Shown in pieces: positions 46,590-56,823 of a stretch of 64,000 nucleotides of DNA (within the stretch, counting starts at the first letter, position 1; the number at the start of each line of letters is the position of its first letter). The translations under genes were made by a program, and so were the position numbers. A model generated the notes under the pieces. The model was given only the letters and a program-made list of their open reading frames with translations, made no database searches and was not told the DNA's origin. Source of the stretch: Terriglobia bacterium (GTDB lineage Bacteria > Acidobacteriota > Terriglobia > 2-12-FULL-54-10); the NCBI GenBank assembly GCA_963666975.2, contig CAXVYR010000002.1:256001-320000 (forward strand), given 5' to 3'.

Positions 46590-48437
46590 ATGAGAATTGC
46601 TTTGTTTTGCTTCTGGATGTTCTCAACCGCGTGTGTGGTGCTGGCACAGGATGGCGCTGCTCTTTACAACAAGCATTGCGCTTCTTGTCATGATTCCAGT
46701 GGCGCGACGCAAGCGCCGAATCGAAGCGCCCTGAGGCAACTGTCCCCGGAGCGGATCGCCGTGGTTCTGGAGGAAGGAGTCATGAGAGACCAGGGCCTTG
46801 AGCGCACTCCTACCGAGAGGCGCGCTATCGCAGAATTCCTCTCCGATAAGCCCTACGGAAGCGAGCCCGCCGACACAATGGCTGCCGAGGCTGCTTGCCA
46901 GGGAGCTCCCGCGAGCTTCGCAGACCCTCTGGCAGGTCCAAACTGGAACGGTTGGGGCGCAAACCTCTCCAACACTCGCTTTCAGACTCCCGATATGGCA
47001 GGTCTCAGCGCCGGACAGGTGCCCCGGTTAAAGCTGAAATGGGCATTTGGATTCCCCGGAGACATCAGGGCTTACGCGCAGCCCACAATCGCAGGCGGAC
47101 GTGTCTTCGTCGGCAGCGCCGGGCGCCGAGTGTATTCGCTGGATGCCGCAACAGGGTGCGTTTATTGGGTGGTCAAAACGGACTCTCCCGTACGAACAGC
47201 AATTAGTATCGGTCCTTTAGCCCAGCGCGGGACAAGGCAGTATGCAGCTTATTGGGGCGACTCGCAGGCGAACGTGTACGCGGCGGATGTCGCGAATGGC
47301 AAGCTCTTGTGGAAGACGCAAGTGGACGACCATACAGCCGCCCGCATCACGGGTGCCCCGCAGTTGCACGCTGGACGTCTGTACGTTCCAGTCTCTTCCT
47401 TGGAAGAGCTCAGCGCCGGTGCCCCCACCTACGAATGCTGCACATTCCGGGGTAGTGTGGTGGCGCTCGACGCCGAAAGCGGCGAACAGATATGGAAGAC
47501 CTATACCATTGCGCAGACTCCGAGGTCTACCGGAAAAAATAAGGTCGGAGTCCAGCTCTGGGGACCGTCGGGAGCGGCCATCTGGTCCGCACCGACTCTG
47601 GACCTACAGCGCGATGTGATCTATGTGGCGACAGGAGATAACTACTCGGACCCGCCCACAGCCATCAGTGACGCCATTCTGGCCCTGGATATGGATTCCG
47701 GCAAGATACTGTGGTTTCGTCAAATGACGGCGGGCGACGCCTGGAACCTGGCGTGCCGGGAAGACCGCGACGAAGCAAATTGTCCCGAATCCGACGGCCC
47801 GGATTTCGATTTCGGCTCCTCGCCCATTCTAGTGGAATTGTCGGGAGGCCGCCGGGCACTGGTTATCGGGCAGAAATCAGGCATTGTTCATGCCCTGGAT
47901 CCGGATCGGGAAGGTGAGATTCTGTGGCAGAGGCGTGTCGGAAAGGGTGGAACTCTGGGGGGGATCCAGTGGGGTTCAGCCGCTGACGAACAGAAAGTTT
48001 ACGTCGCTCTATCGGACATCGCTTTCCGTTGGAGCGGAAGTACACGAGAGCCAGATCCAAAAGTTGGTGGCGGTCTGTTCGCGCTGCGGCTGGCAACCGG
48101 AGAACAGGAGTGGTACAGCCCACCTCCTGCCTGCCCTGAGAACATCTCTTGCAGCCCCGCCCAATCGGCAGCGGTCACAGCCATCCCGGGCGTGGTCTTC
48201 TCCGGGTCGATCGACGGACATCTTCGAGCCTATTCCATGAAGGATGGAAAGATCCTTTGGGATTTTGACACCCTGCGAAGATATGAAACGGTAAACAGAG
48301 TGGAGGCCCAGGGTGGATCTCTGAACGGTCCTGGCGCTACAGTCGCAGGTGGAATGTTGTTCATCAATTCAGGTTACGGTGGTTTTGGTGGGAAGCCGGG
48401 AAACGTGTTACTGGCTTTCTCAGTGGGTGACGAGTAA
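46590..48437 (+). CDS. Quinohemoprotein dehydrogenase (PQQ propeller plus cytochrome c; polyvinyl-alcohol-dehydrogenase-like)
   Basis: Start MRIALF after GGAGAGG; signal peptide, CASCH, LKLKWAFGFP, ECCTFRGS, GAAIWSAP, GPDFDFGSSP, GQKSG. Confidence 0.9.
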   Translation: MRIALFCFWMFSTACVVLAQDGAALYNKHCASCHDSSGATQAPNRSALRQLSPERIAVVLEEGVMRDQGLERTPTERRAIAEFLSDKPYGSEPADTMAAEAACQGAPASFADPLAGPNWNGWGANLSNTRFQTPDMAGLSAGQVPRLKLKWAFGFPGDIRAYAQPTIAGGRVFVGSAGRRVYSLDAATGCVYWVVKTDSPVRTAISIGPLAQRGTRQYAAYWGDSQANVYAADVANGKLLWKTQVDDHTAARITGAPQLHAGRLYVPVSSLEELSAGAPTYECCTFRGSVVALDAESGEQIWKTYTIAQTPRSTGKNKVGVQLWGPSGAAIWSAPTLDLQRDVIYVATGDNYSDPPTAISDAILALDMDSGKILWFRQMTAGDAWNLACREDRDEANCPESDGPDFDFGSSPILVELSGGRRALVIGQKSGIVHALDPDREGEILWQRRVGKGGTLGGIQWGSAADEQKVYVALSDIAFRWSGSTREPDPKVGGGLFALRLATGEQEWYSPPPACPENISCSPAQSAAVTAIPGVVFSGSIDGHLRAYSMKDGKILWDFDTLRRYETVNRVEAQGGSLNGPGATVAGGMLFINSGYGGFGGKPGNVLLAFSVGDE

Positions 48438-48454
48438 AGGGAAGAAACGGCGAC

Positions 48455-48770
48455 GTACACGCGGGGCTTGAGTCCCTCGATGCGCACGGCGATCTTGAGG
48501 AAGGCGCGGCGGATGGTTTCGAACGTCGCCTTGCGCCACAGCGAGCGGCGCGGCCTGGCGAAGCTGACGCAACAGCCAATCAGCGCCGCTGTGCAGGAAC
48601 AGCCGGAACTGGTTAGCTTCCCAGCGGTGGCACGACGTGCGGTCGGACCGGGGGTAGAGCTTGTGCTCCTTGATCATGTTTTCCATTCTGACGCGGGTGC
48701 AATAGACCTCCTCGTAGAGCGCCTTGGCCTTGCCGCTCAGGTTGGTGACGATAAAACGGATGTCGGTTAA
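48455..48770 (-). pseudogene. IS1380-family transposase C-terminal fragment
   Basis: RFIVTNL...LYEEVYC.R..MENMIKEHK....SDRTSCHRWEANQFRLFL. Confidence 0.8.
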
Positions 48771-49001
48771 TCCCCGCCGTGTAGGCAGCGCGGAGTAGTC
48801 CTGCACTCCCACAGCTTCTGCGTGTGGCGCACATGACGCTTGTGGGTAAGTTGTGCAACCACCAGGCATGGGGCGGCTCTCAGGAAGGTCCGGTACAACC
48901 ATGCGCGTAGCAGCGCGTATAATCCGCAAGTAGTTGTGGGATCATGGCCGAAATAGAGAATAGTCCTAGTGAGATGAGAATTCCGGGTTCGCTTTAGCTT
49001 G

Positions 49002-49123
49002 TGACCGGCCCCCGGTTTTTTGAGCCAAGTTGAAAGTGAGTTTTGCGGCAGATGAGGGGCCCTGGATTTTTGTACCAGTTTCAGGGTGAGTTTTGGGCTG
49101 TTTCCAGGCCTTTCAGATTGCAG
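49002..49123. mobile_element. Abutted IS3 end fragments of the same element as 33617-34033
   Basis: 49002-49052 matches the left end; 49053-49123 matches the reverse complement of the right end. Confidence 0.85.
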
Positions 49124-49164
49124 CTAGACCAATTTCACCGTTAGTGTATAGCATATCCACAGTG

Positions 49165-50139
49165 GCTGAGTTGTCTTTGCGTTTCGACGCGCTCTACGCT
49201 CGGCGGGGACGGCCGTCGAAGCCTCCGGAGCAGTTGATCCGGGCGCTGCTGTTGCAAGTGCTGTATGCGATCCGCAGCGAGCGGCAACTGATGGAGCGGA
49301 TCAAGTATGATCTGCTGTTCCGCTGGTTCGTGGGCTTAGGAATCGATGAGCAGGAATGGGACGCCACGGTATTCACCAAGAATCGGGACCGGTTGCTGGG
49401 CGGCGCGGTCTCGCAACGGTTGCTGGAAGCGGTGCTGGAGCAGGCCCGGAGCCAGGACTTGTTGAGCGAGGAGCATTTCACGGTGGACGGGACGATCCTG
49501 GAAGCCTGGGCCAGCCGGAACAGCTTTGTGCCCAAAGACCCAGCCACGGTGGTGGGGACGGGAGCGCGGGGGAGGAAGTGTTTGCGGGACACGCATGAGT
49601 CGAAGACCGACCCGCAAGCACGCTTATATAAGAAGAGCATGGCGGGCGAAGCCAGACCGAGCTACCTGGGGCATGTGCTGATCGAGAATCGCAAGGGGCT
49701 GGTGGTAGCCGCCTGTGCCACGCAGTCCAGCACGACGGCGGAGCGGGAGGCGGCCCTGGCGATGCTGGACGAGATGGGTCTGCGGCCAGAGAAGATTCCG
49801 CGAACCGGCCGGCGCATCACGCTGGGGGCGGACAAGTTGTATCAGGAGCGGAAGTTTATCGAAGGGCTGCGGCGACGCCAGGTGGTCCCGCATGTGGCCG
49901 AGTACGAGCCCTCGGCGTACTGGCCGAATTTTCTGACCGAGGCGGAACGGAACGCTCCGGGGTTTGCACTCAGCCAGAAGAAACGCAAATTGGTGGAGAG
50001 AGTGTTCGGTTGGGGCAAGCTGGACAGCGTCATGCGCAAAATCAAGTTGCACGGACTGGCTCGGGTGGACTGGTTCTTTCGTTTCCTAGCCACCGCCCAC
50101 GATCTGGTGCGGATGGTGAAGTTGGTTCCGGCGCAGTAA
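49165..50139 (+). pseudogene. IS5-family transposase, 5'-truncated
   Basis: GRPS.PPE.L.RALLLQ.LY.IRSERQL, FTVDGT, LGADK, KRKLVERVFGWGK; N-terminus replaced by IS3 end sequence; probable right end TTTTTCAGCAGCCTG at about 50264-50278. Confidence 0.85.
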
Positions 50140-50313
50140 GCGCAGGGAGTAGTGTCTCTGCACGGAGGAAATAGGCCCGTGCCGAGGTGGAAATCCTATG
50201 CAGAACTGCGGCAAAACCCGAAGAAAGTGACCACTGAAAAAATCCACAGCCAACGCGAGCGATTTTTTCAGCAGCCTGTTTAGCCGCTGAGGTTCATATG
50301 TTTCTATCGGGTC

Positions 50314-50377
50314 CCGTCAGGGGTTAAAACCCCTGACGGCTGGCCTCGTTGCGGCACGACTGAAGTCGTGCCCTGAC
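50314..50377. repeat. REP-like palindromes
   Basis: CCGTCAGGGGTTAAAACCCCTGACGG and GGCACGACTGAAGTCGTGCC. Confidence 0.6.
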
Positions 50378-50637
50378 GAACCCCTATACATCAATCCGTA
50401 AAATGCTGTAGATTTTTAATGGTTGTGGCCTGCTCGTTGCCGCTCCGCCCGACAAACCATGCATAAGCGAAAAGGAATCGCTACGGGCTCCATTCAGAGC
50501 GAATGCAGGCCCCACCAAACATTAATTTATAGCTTCCTTGGTGAACTAGGCCGAAGCCTGCCCGGTGTATCAGTCTAAATTGAGATGGCAGGCTGGGAGA
50601 AAACAAAGCCTCTTCCCTTTGCCAACGAGAAGCCCTC

Positions 50638-52530
50638 TCACCATTGCGCGGCCTGCCCACCAAGCTCTACCTGGGCTCCGGTCGGCTCCATGTTCCACTC
50701 GCGTGCCAAAGAGGGAACCAGGTGTACCAGCTTGCCACCCACCATCGTCATCAAAACCCGCAGCTTGGGGATGTCATCCACCGGAACCGTCAGGTAGTCC
50801 CTATTGAGTACTGCCAAGTCCGCCCATTTACCCGGCTCGAGCGACCCCAGCACATCTTCCCGCAGCGTCCCGTAAGCCGCCCAGAGCGTCGCCGACTTCA
50901 ACATCGCTTCCCGGCTGATTGCCTGCTGAGGAGCTATGACGTTCCCGTTCATATCCTTTCGGGTTATGCCGGAATAGAGAACCTGGAAGTAGGTTAGGTC
51001 CGTGTATCCAATCGGCCGGTCAATTTCCACACTATTCATGATCCCGGCATCATAGAGAGCTTTGCGCGGAACTACTTGGTTGGCTCCTCGCTCCCCATAA
51101 TCGTCCATGATCTTCTTTCCGCTTCCTTCCCAAATGTAGAAGTCCCAACCACTGCCCATAATGCCCAGCTTCTGGTAGCGCGGAATCTGGTCCGGGCGGG
51201 GATACATTGCCATATGCTCAGTGACGTGGCGCTTGGCGCGGATCTCATCCAGTGTCATGCCAGCATCTTTGCTGGCCTTTTCGATGATGTCGAGGATGAG
51301 ATCAATTTCCCCGTCGGCCATGATGTGATCCCCGGCCAGCCGTCCGCCAGCTTTTATATATTCATAAAGCGCTCGCGAAACATCGGGGTTGGTATATTGA
51401 CACTTTCTTTCGCGCTGCTTCACTTTCGGCGAAGTGCCGGGGAGCTTGCTGCAATTCATGCCCATGTTCGGAACCATTCCTGTCGTCCAGAAGTAGTCCG
51501 AGCCATGTCCGAGCCGGCTGGCTTGAGCCCGGACAAAGTATGGATCGAAAAAGAAATCATTTCGGTACGGCCAAAACCAAGCCCACGCAAACCGGATAGA
51601 CATCTGGCCCTGACGGGACAGCGAGTCATAAGCTTGAATCGCACCTCCCGTATAGAGCGCCGTGGCATTGAGGGTCTGCCCGTAACCCGCCATCCAGGAC
51701 AGTCCCAGCCGATAAATTTCCTTCAGAACCTCGGGGGGGTAAAGAACATCTTGTTCGGGATAGCGATAGCAGACGGCACAGTAACCAGTTTTTTCAACGC
51801 TTCCTTCCCCCGCGCGGGAACCCACCAAGTCATCCAGAGTTCCTGCCTCCGGCTCTGGAAGAAAATAATTTATTTGATCTCCATAGAATTTCTTGGTTTC
51901 TTCCAGCGCCCTCTGGTTCAACACCGCCCCGACAAAACCACCGCGCACAATCACCGGATTATCGGGAGCAGCCAGATCCAGGTGCTCCTTGGTGATCTGC
52001 TGCCCTAAAATACCCATAATCTGGTCTCGCCACTGATATTGTTTCCCATACAGCATACTGATCCGAATCCACTGGCCGGGCTTGGCCTTGAGGACCGCCT
52101 CCTCCAAAACACGCGGAAATTTTTGCAACTGCTCGTCGGGTGGATCTTCCAAGAACCGCTCGATGTGTATATCGTCGGTGACCACTTTTTTGATTATATA
52201 CGGATTCAGCAGGTCCCAGTCCTGCGGGTGATCGTGCGTCGCCCCGAAGCCCGGAGTTACCGTCCTCCCCTTCAGGTCAATGGATCGGGTGCCGCTGCCC
52301 GCCAGGCGGCGAACCTCGGCGTTGCTTCCCACCGCGACGATTTTTCCATCCCGAATTGCAATCGCCTGAGCAATGGTCCCTATGTTCGCATTGACCTCAT
52401 GGTTGTCCACCGTCACGATCTTTCCATTGTGCAGAATCGTATCCGGCGCCTGCTGGGCCCAAACGGGGCTCTGTGCAGCCCAGACAACACACACCAATAT
52501 CGCCATTCCCCAAAAGAGTGGACTCTTCAT
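50638..52530 (-). CDS. Exported Amidohydro_3/YtcJ-like protein, array copy 1
   Basis: Signal peptide, AQQAPDTILHNGKI, THDH, CAVC, EIDRP, GSLEPGKWADL. Confidence 0.9.
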   Translation of the reverse strand: MKSPLFWGMAILVCVVWAAQSPVWAQQAPDTILHNGKIVTVDNHEVNANIGTIAQAIAIRDGKIVAVGSNAEVRRLAGSGTRSIDLKGRTVTPGFGATHDHPQDWDLLNPYIIKKVVTDDIHIERFLEDPPDEQLQKFPRVLEEAVLKAKPGQWIRISMLYGKQYQWRDQIMGILGQQITKEHLDLAAPDNPVIVRGGFVGAVLNQRALEETKKFYGDQINYFLPEPEAGTLDDLVGSRAGEGSVEKTGYCAVCYRYPEQDVLYPPEVLKEIYRLGLSWMAGYGQTLNATALYTGGAIQAYDSLSRQGQMSIRFAWAWFWPYRNDFFFDPYFVRAQASRLGHGSDYFWTTGMVPNMGMNCSKLPGTSPKVKQRERKCQYTNPDVSRALYEYIKAGGRLAGDHIMADGEIDLILDIIEKASKDAGMTLDEIRAKRHVTEHMAMYPRPDQIPRYQKLGIMGSGWDFYIWEGSGKKIMDDYGERGANQVVPRKALYDAGIMNSVEIDRPIGYTDLTYFQVLYSGITRKDMNGNVIAPQQAISREAMLKSATLWAAYGTLREDVLGSLEPGKWADLAVLNRDYLTVPVDDIPKLRVLMTMVGGKLVHLVPSLAREWNMEPTGAQVELGGQAAQW

Positions 52531-52672
52531 AATTCACCACCTTAAATTTAAGCAGTTTGCTAAAAAAGACAGGCCGGACGGAATGCCGCTTCCGTCCGCC
52601 TGCGGACCCGTACCCTCAAACCCCGAAATCCAACTGATCACTGCCCCGACTACCTCGTTCTACCAGGAAAAC

Positions 52673-54544
52673 CTACCATTGCGCAGCGAGTCCGCCAAGC
52701 TCCACTTGGGCTCCGGTCGGCTCCATGTTCAACTCGCGGGCCAGAGAGGGAACCAGATGTATCGTTTTGCCACCCACCATGGTCATCAAAACCCGCAGCT
52801 TGGGGACCTCCTCTACCGGAACCGTCAGGTAGTCCTTGTCGAGCACCACCAGGTCCGCCCATTTACCCGGCTCCAGCGACCCGAGCACATCTTCCCGCTT
52901 CACCCCATAGGCCGCCCAGAGCGTCGCCGACTTCAACATCGCCTGCCGGTCCACCGCCTGTTGCGGCGCGGTTACCTTCCCGTTCTGATCCTTCCGGGTA
53001 ATACCGGAATAGAGAACCTGGAAGTAGGTCAGGTTGGTATATCCGATGGGCCGGTCAATCTCAACACTGTTCATGATCCCAGCCTCATAGAGACTCTTGC
53101 GAGGCACCACCTGCATCGCGCCCCGCTCGCCGTAATCCCGCAGGACCTGCTGCGCGCTTCCTTCCCAGATGTAGAAGTCCCAGCCGCTGGTCATCATGCC
53201 CAACTCTTGATACCGGGGGATTTGGTCCGGTCGCGGATACATAGCCATATGTTCGGTGATATGGCGCTTAGCCCGAATCTCCTCCGGCGTCATGCCGCCA
53301 TCTCGGCTCGCCCTCTCGATGGTGTCCAAGACCAGATCAATTTCTCCATCTCCCATTTGATGATCTCCGAACAGCCGTCCGCCCGCCTTGATGTATTCAT
53401 AAAGAGCTTTCACCATTTTAGGATTGGCGAACCGGCATTTGGCTTCCCGCTGCTTGACCTCCGGGGAAGTGCCGGGCAGCTTGCTGCAGCCGCCGCCCAT
53501 CATCGAAGTCATGCCGGCCACCCAGAAATGATCCGTGCCCGTGTCCTCCCGGCTGACGGCGGCTTGCACAAAATAAGGATCAGAGAACAAGTCATTTCGA
53601 AACGGCCAGAACCAGCCCCAGGGAAGCCGAATGGCCATCTGATCCCGGCGATCCAGGCTGCTGTAGGCGCGAATCGCGCCTCCCGTGTACAGCGCCGTCG
53701 CATTGAGGGTGACCCCATACCCCCCCATCCAGGACAACCCCAGGCGGTAGATATCCTGCAATACCTTGGACGGGTAGAGCACGTCCTGTTCGACATACCG
53801 ATAGCAGGTGGAACAAACCCCCGATTGATCGAAGTCCGTCGGGGCGCCCCCGAGATCCCCCAGCGGCGAGTAGAGAAACTTGTCCCATTCCCCCGCATAG
53901 AACTTTTTCGTCTCCTCAATCGCTCTCTGGTTCATCAAAAGTCCGACAAACCCCCCGCGCACAATCACTGGATTCTGAGGAGCCGCCAAGTCCAGCATCT
54001 GTTTGTTAATCTGCCGGCCTAAAAACGCTGAAACCTCCTCTCTCCACCTGTATTCCTCTCCGTACAGCATACTAATCCGAATCCATTGGCCGGGCCTGGC
54101 CTTCTGGACTGCCTCCTCCAAAACCCGCGGAAATTGTTGCAACTGTTGCTGAGGAGGATCGTTCAAGAAACGCTCGATGTGCATATCGTCGGTGACTACT
54201 TTCTTGACGATATACGGGTTCAGGGGGTCCCAGTCCGCCGGATGGTCGTGCGTCGCGCCAAAGCCCGGAGCCACCATCCTCCCTTTCAGATCCAGGGACT
54301 GCGTGTTGCTGCCCGCCAGGCGGCGAATCTCGGCGTTGCTGCCCACCGCGACGATTCTTCCATCCCGGATTGCAATCGCCTGAGCAATGGTCCCCAAATT
54401 GGAATCGACTTCATGGTTGTCCACCGTCACGATCTTTCCATTGTGCAGAATCGTATCCGGCGCCTGCTGGGCCCAAACGGAGCTCTGTGCAGCCCAGATA
54501 ACACAAACAAGTATCGCAACTCCAAAAAGACGTGTGCTTTTCAT
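52673..54544 (-). CDS. Exported Amidohydro_3/YtcJ-like protein, array copy 2
   Basis: Same motifs; CSTC. Confidence 0.9.
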   Translation of the reverse strand: MKSTRLFGVAILVCVIWAAQSSVWAQQAPDTILHNGKIVTVDNHEVDSNLGTIAQAIAIRDGRIVAVGSNAEIRRLAGSNTQSLDLKGRMVAPGFGATHDHPADWDPLNPYIVKKVVTDDMHIERFLNDPPQQQLQQFPRVLEEAVQKARPGQWIRISMLYGEEYRWREEVSAFLGRQINKQMLDLAAPQNPVIVRGGFVGLLMNQRAIEETKKFYAGEWDKFLYSPLGDLGGAPTDFDQSGVCSTCYRYVEQDVLYPSKVLQDIYRLGLSWMGGYGVTLNATALYTGGAIRAYSSLDRRDQMAIRLPWGWFWPFRNDLFSDPYFVQAAVSREDTGTDHFWVAGMTSMMGGGCSKLPGTSPEVKQREAKCRFANPKMVKALYEYIKAGGRLFGDHQMGDGEIDLVLDTIERASRDGGMTPEEIRAKRHITEHMAMYPRPDQIPRYQELGMMTSGWDFYIWEGSAQQVLRDYGERGAMQVVPRKSLYEAGIMNSVEIDRPIGYTNLTYFQVLYSGITRKDQNGKVTAPQQAVDRQAMLKSATLWAAYGVKREDVLGSLEPGKWADLVVLDKDYLTVPVEEVPKLRVLMTMVGGKTIHLVPSLARELNMEPTGAQVELGGLAAQW

Positions 54545-54659
54545 AAATTACCACCTTGAATTATAAGCAGTTTGCTAAGAAAGCCAGGCCGAACGGAATG
54601 TCCGCTTCCGCTTGGCAGTTTGTGACTTCAAACCTCCGAGAGCCAACTAACCTTTAGTA

Positions 54660-54750
54660 GGTTGTTGAAAAACACCATTTACCCGCTCCCTCACCCCTCG
54701 GCTTCGCTCGGGGCAGGTTTCGCGGCCCGGACTATACACGAACTGTGAAA
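54660..54750 (-). repeat. Dispersed repeat family A, copy 3, inserted in an array spacer
   Basis: Reverse complement TTTCACAGTTCGTGTATAGTCCGGGCCGCG...GAGGGAGCGGGTAAA...TTTTTCAACAACC. Confidence 0.75.
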
Positions 54751-54788
54751 GTGCTTTAATTACTCGTTCCAATTCCTCGCCGGAAAAC

Positions 54789-56669
54789 TTACCATTGCGC
54801 TGCTGCCCCCCCCAGTTCTACCTGGGCTCCGGTCGGCTCCATACCCCATTCGCGGGCAAGGGATGGAACTAGATGGATCGGTTTGCCGCCCACCAGGGTC
54901 AGCAGCACGCGCAGTTTGGCAATCTCTTCCACTGGAACCGTCAGGTAGTCCTTGTCGAGCACCACCAGGTCCGCCCATTTGCCCGGCTCCAGCGACCCTA
55001 GCACATCTTCCCGCATCACCCCGTAGGCCCCCCAGAGAGTCGCCGACTTCAACATCGCCCGCCGGTCCACCGCCTGTTGCGGCGCGGTTACCTTCCCGTT
55101 CTGATCCTTCCGGGTGATGCCGGAATAGAGAACCTGGAAGTACGTCAGGTCGGTGTATCCGATGGGCCGGTCAATCTCGACACTGTTCATGATCCCAGCC
55201 TCATAGAGAGCCTTGCGAGGCACCACCTGCATCGCGCCCCGCTCGCCGTAATCCCGCAGGACCTGCTGCGCGCTTCCTTCCCAAATATAGAAGTCCCAGC
55301 CGCTGGTCATTATGCCCAGCTTTTTGTATCGCGGGATCTGGTCCGGCCTCGGATACATGGCCATGTGCTCGGTGACATGGCGCTTGGAATGAATCTCTTC
55401 CAGCGTCATGCCGGCATCTTCGCTGGCCTTCTCGATGATGTCCAGGATGAGATCAATTTCCCCATCCGCCATCACGTGATCTCCGGCCAGCCGTCCGCCC
55501 GCCTTGATGTATTCATAAAGAGCCTTCGAAACTGTCGGGTCGGCAAATCCGCACTCCATTTCCCGCTCCTTGACCTCCGGGGAAGTGCCGGGCAGCTTGC
55601 TGCAGTCCATCCCCATGTGAGAAGTCATTCCACTCGACCAGAAATAGTCCGAGCCCGTGCCCACGCGGCTGACTTCAGCTTGAAGAAAGTAGGGGTCCGA
55701 AAAGAAGTCGTTTCGATAAGGCCAGAACCAGCCCCAGGCAAAGCGAATGGCCATCTGCTCCCGGCGATCCAGGCTGTTGTAGGCGCGAATCGCGCCACCT
55801 GTGTACAGCGACGTCGCGTTGAGGGTAACCCCGTACCCCCCCATCCAGGTCAGCCCCGCACGGTAGATTTCCCGCAACACCTCGGGCGGGTAGAGCACAT
55901 CCTGTTCCACCTGCCGGTAGCAGACGACACAGGTTCCTGTTTTCTCAAAGCTTTCCAGCGTTACACCCATACCCACAAGGTCTTCCAGCGGATGGTAAGA
56001 AAACTTCTTCGCCTCCCCTGCATAAAACTCTTTTACCAAGTCAATGGCTTTTTGGTTCAACAAAGCTCCGACAAATCCGCCTCGGACCAGCACCGGATTG
56101 TTGGGAGCAGCCAGATCCAGCATCTGTTTGTTAATCTGCCGCCCCAGAAAGCCTGAGATTTCATTTCCCCACCGGTATTCTTTCCCATAAAGCAGACTAA
56201 TTCGGATCCATTGGCCGGGCTTGGCCTTGCGGACTGCCTCCTCTAATACCCTCGGAAATTGTTGCAACTGTTGATCGGGCGGATCGTTCAAAAACCGCTC
56301 AATGTGCATATCATCGGTGACCACTTTTCCTACGATATGCGGGTTCAGCGGGTCCCAGTCCTGCGGGTGATCGTGCGTGGCCCCAAAGCCCGGAGCCACC
56401 ATCCTCCCTTTCAGATCCAGGGACTGCGTGTTGCTGCCCGCCAAGCGGCGAATCTCGGCGTTGCTGCCCACCGCGACGATTTTCCCATCCCGGATTGCAA
56501 TCGCCTGAGCAATGGTCCCCAAATTGGAATCGACTTCATGGTTGTCCACCGTCACGATCTTTCCATTGTGAAGAATTGTATCCGGCGCCTGCTGGGCCCG
56601 AACGGTGCTCTGTGCAGTCCAGATGACACACACTAATACCGCAACTCCCCAAAAATGTAGGCTCTTCAT
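54789..56669 (-). CDS. Exported Amidohydro_3/YtcJ-like protein, array copy 3
   Basis: Same motifs; CVVC. Confidence 0.9.
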   Translation of the reverse strand: MKSLHFWGVAVLVCVIWTAQSTVRAQQAPDTILHNGKIVTVDNHEVDSNLGTIAQAIAIRDGKIVAVGSNAEIRRLAGSNTQSLDLKGRMVAPGFGATHDHPQDWDPLNPHIVGKVVTDDMHIERFLNDPPDQQLQQFPRVLEEAVRKAKPGQWIRISLLYGKEYRWGNEISGFLGRQINKQMLDLAAPNNPVLVRGGFVGALLNQKAIDLVKEFYAGEAKKFSYHPLEDLVGMGVTLESFEKTGTCVVCYRQVEQDVLYPPEVLREIYRAGLTWMGGYGVTLNATSLYTGGAIRAYNSLDRREQMAIRFAWGWFWPYRNDFFSDPYFLQAEVSRVGTGSDYFWSSGMTSHMGMDCSKLPGTSPEVKEREMECGFADPTVSKALYEYIKAGGRLAGDHVMADGEIDLILDIIEKASEDAGMTLEEIHSKRHVTEHMAMYPRPDQIPRYKKLGIMTSGWDFYIWEGSAQQVLRDYGERGAMQVVPRKALYEAGIMNSVEIDRPIGYTDLTYFQVLYSGITRKDQNGKVTAPQQAVDRRAMLKSATLWGAYGVMREDVLGSLEPGKWADLVVLDKDYLTVPVEEIAKLRVLLTLVGGKPIHLVPSLAREWGMEPTGAQVELGGAAAQW

Positions 56670-56823
56670 AATTCACCACCTCGAATTGTAAGCAGTTCGC
56701 TAAGAAAGTCAGACCAAACGGAATGCCGCTTCCGTCCGCCTGCAGACCGTGCTTTCAAACCTCGAAATCCAACGGATTTCTGGCCCGGCTATCTCGGTTC
56801 TACCAGGGTTCTACCAGGAAAAC

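Noticed and set aside
46407-48437. Genuine kinase-dehydrogenase fusion protein of 676 aa
   Set aside because: Only 26 kinase residues remain; an internal RBS and signal peptide mark the real start at 46590
49093-49164. Intact IS5 transposase starting at 49093
   Set aside because: The first codons derive from the IS3 right-end sequence, and the normal N-terminus and left IR are missing
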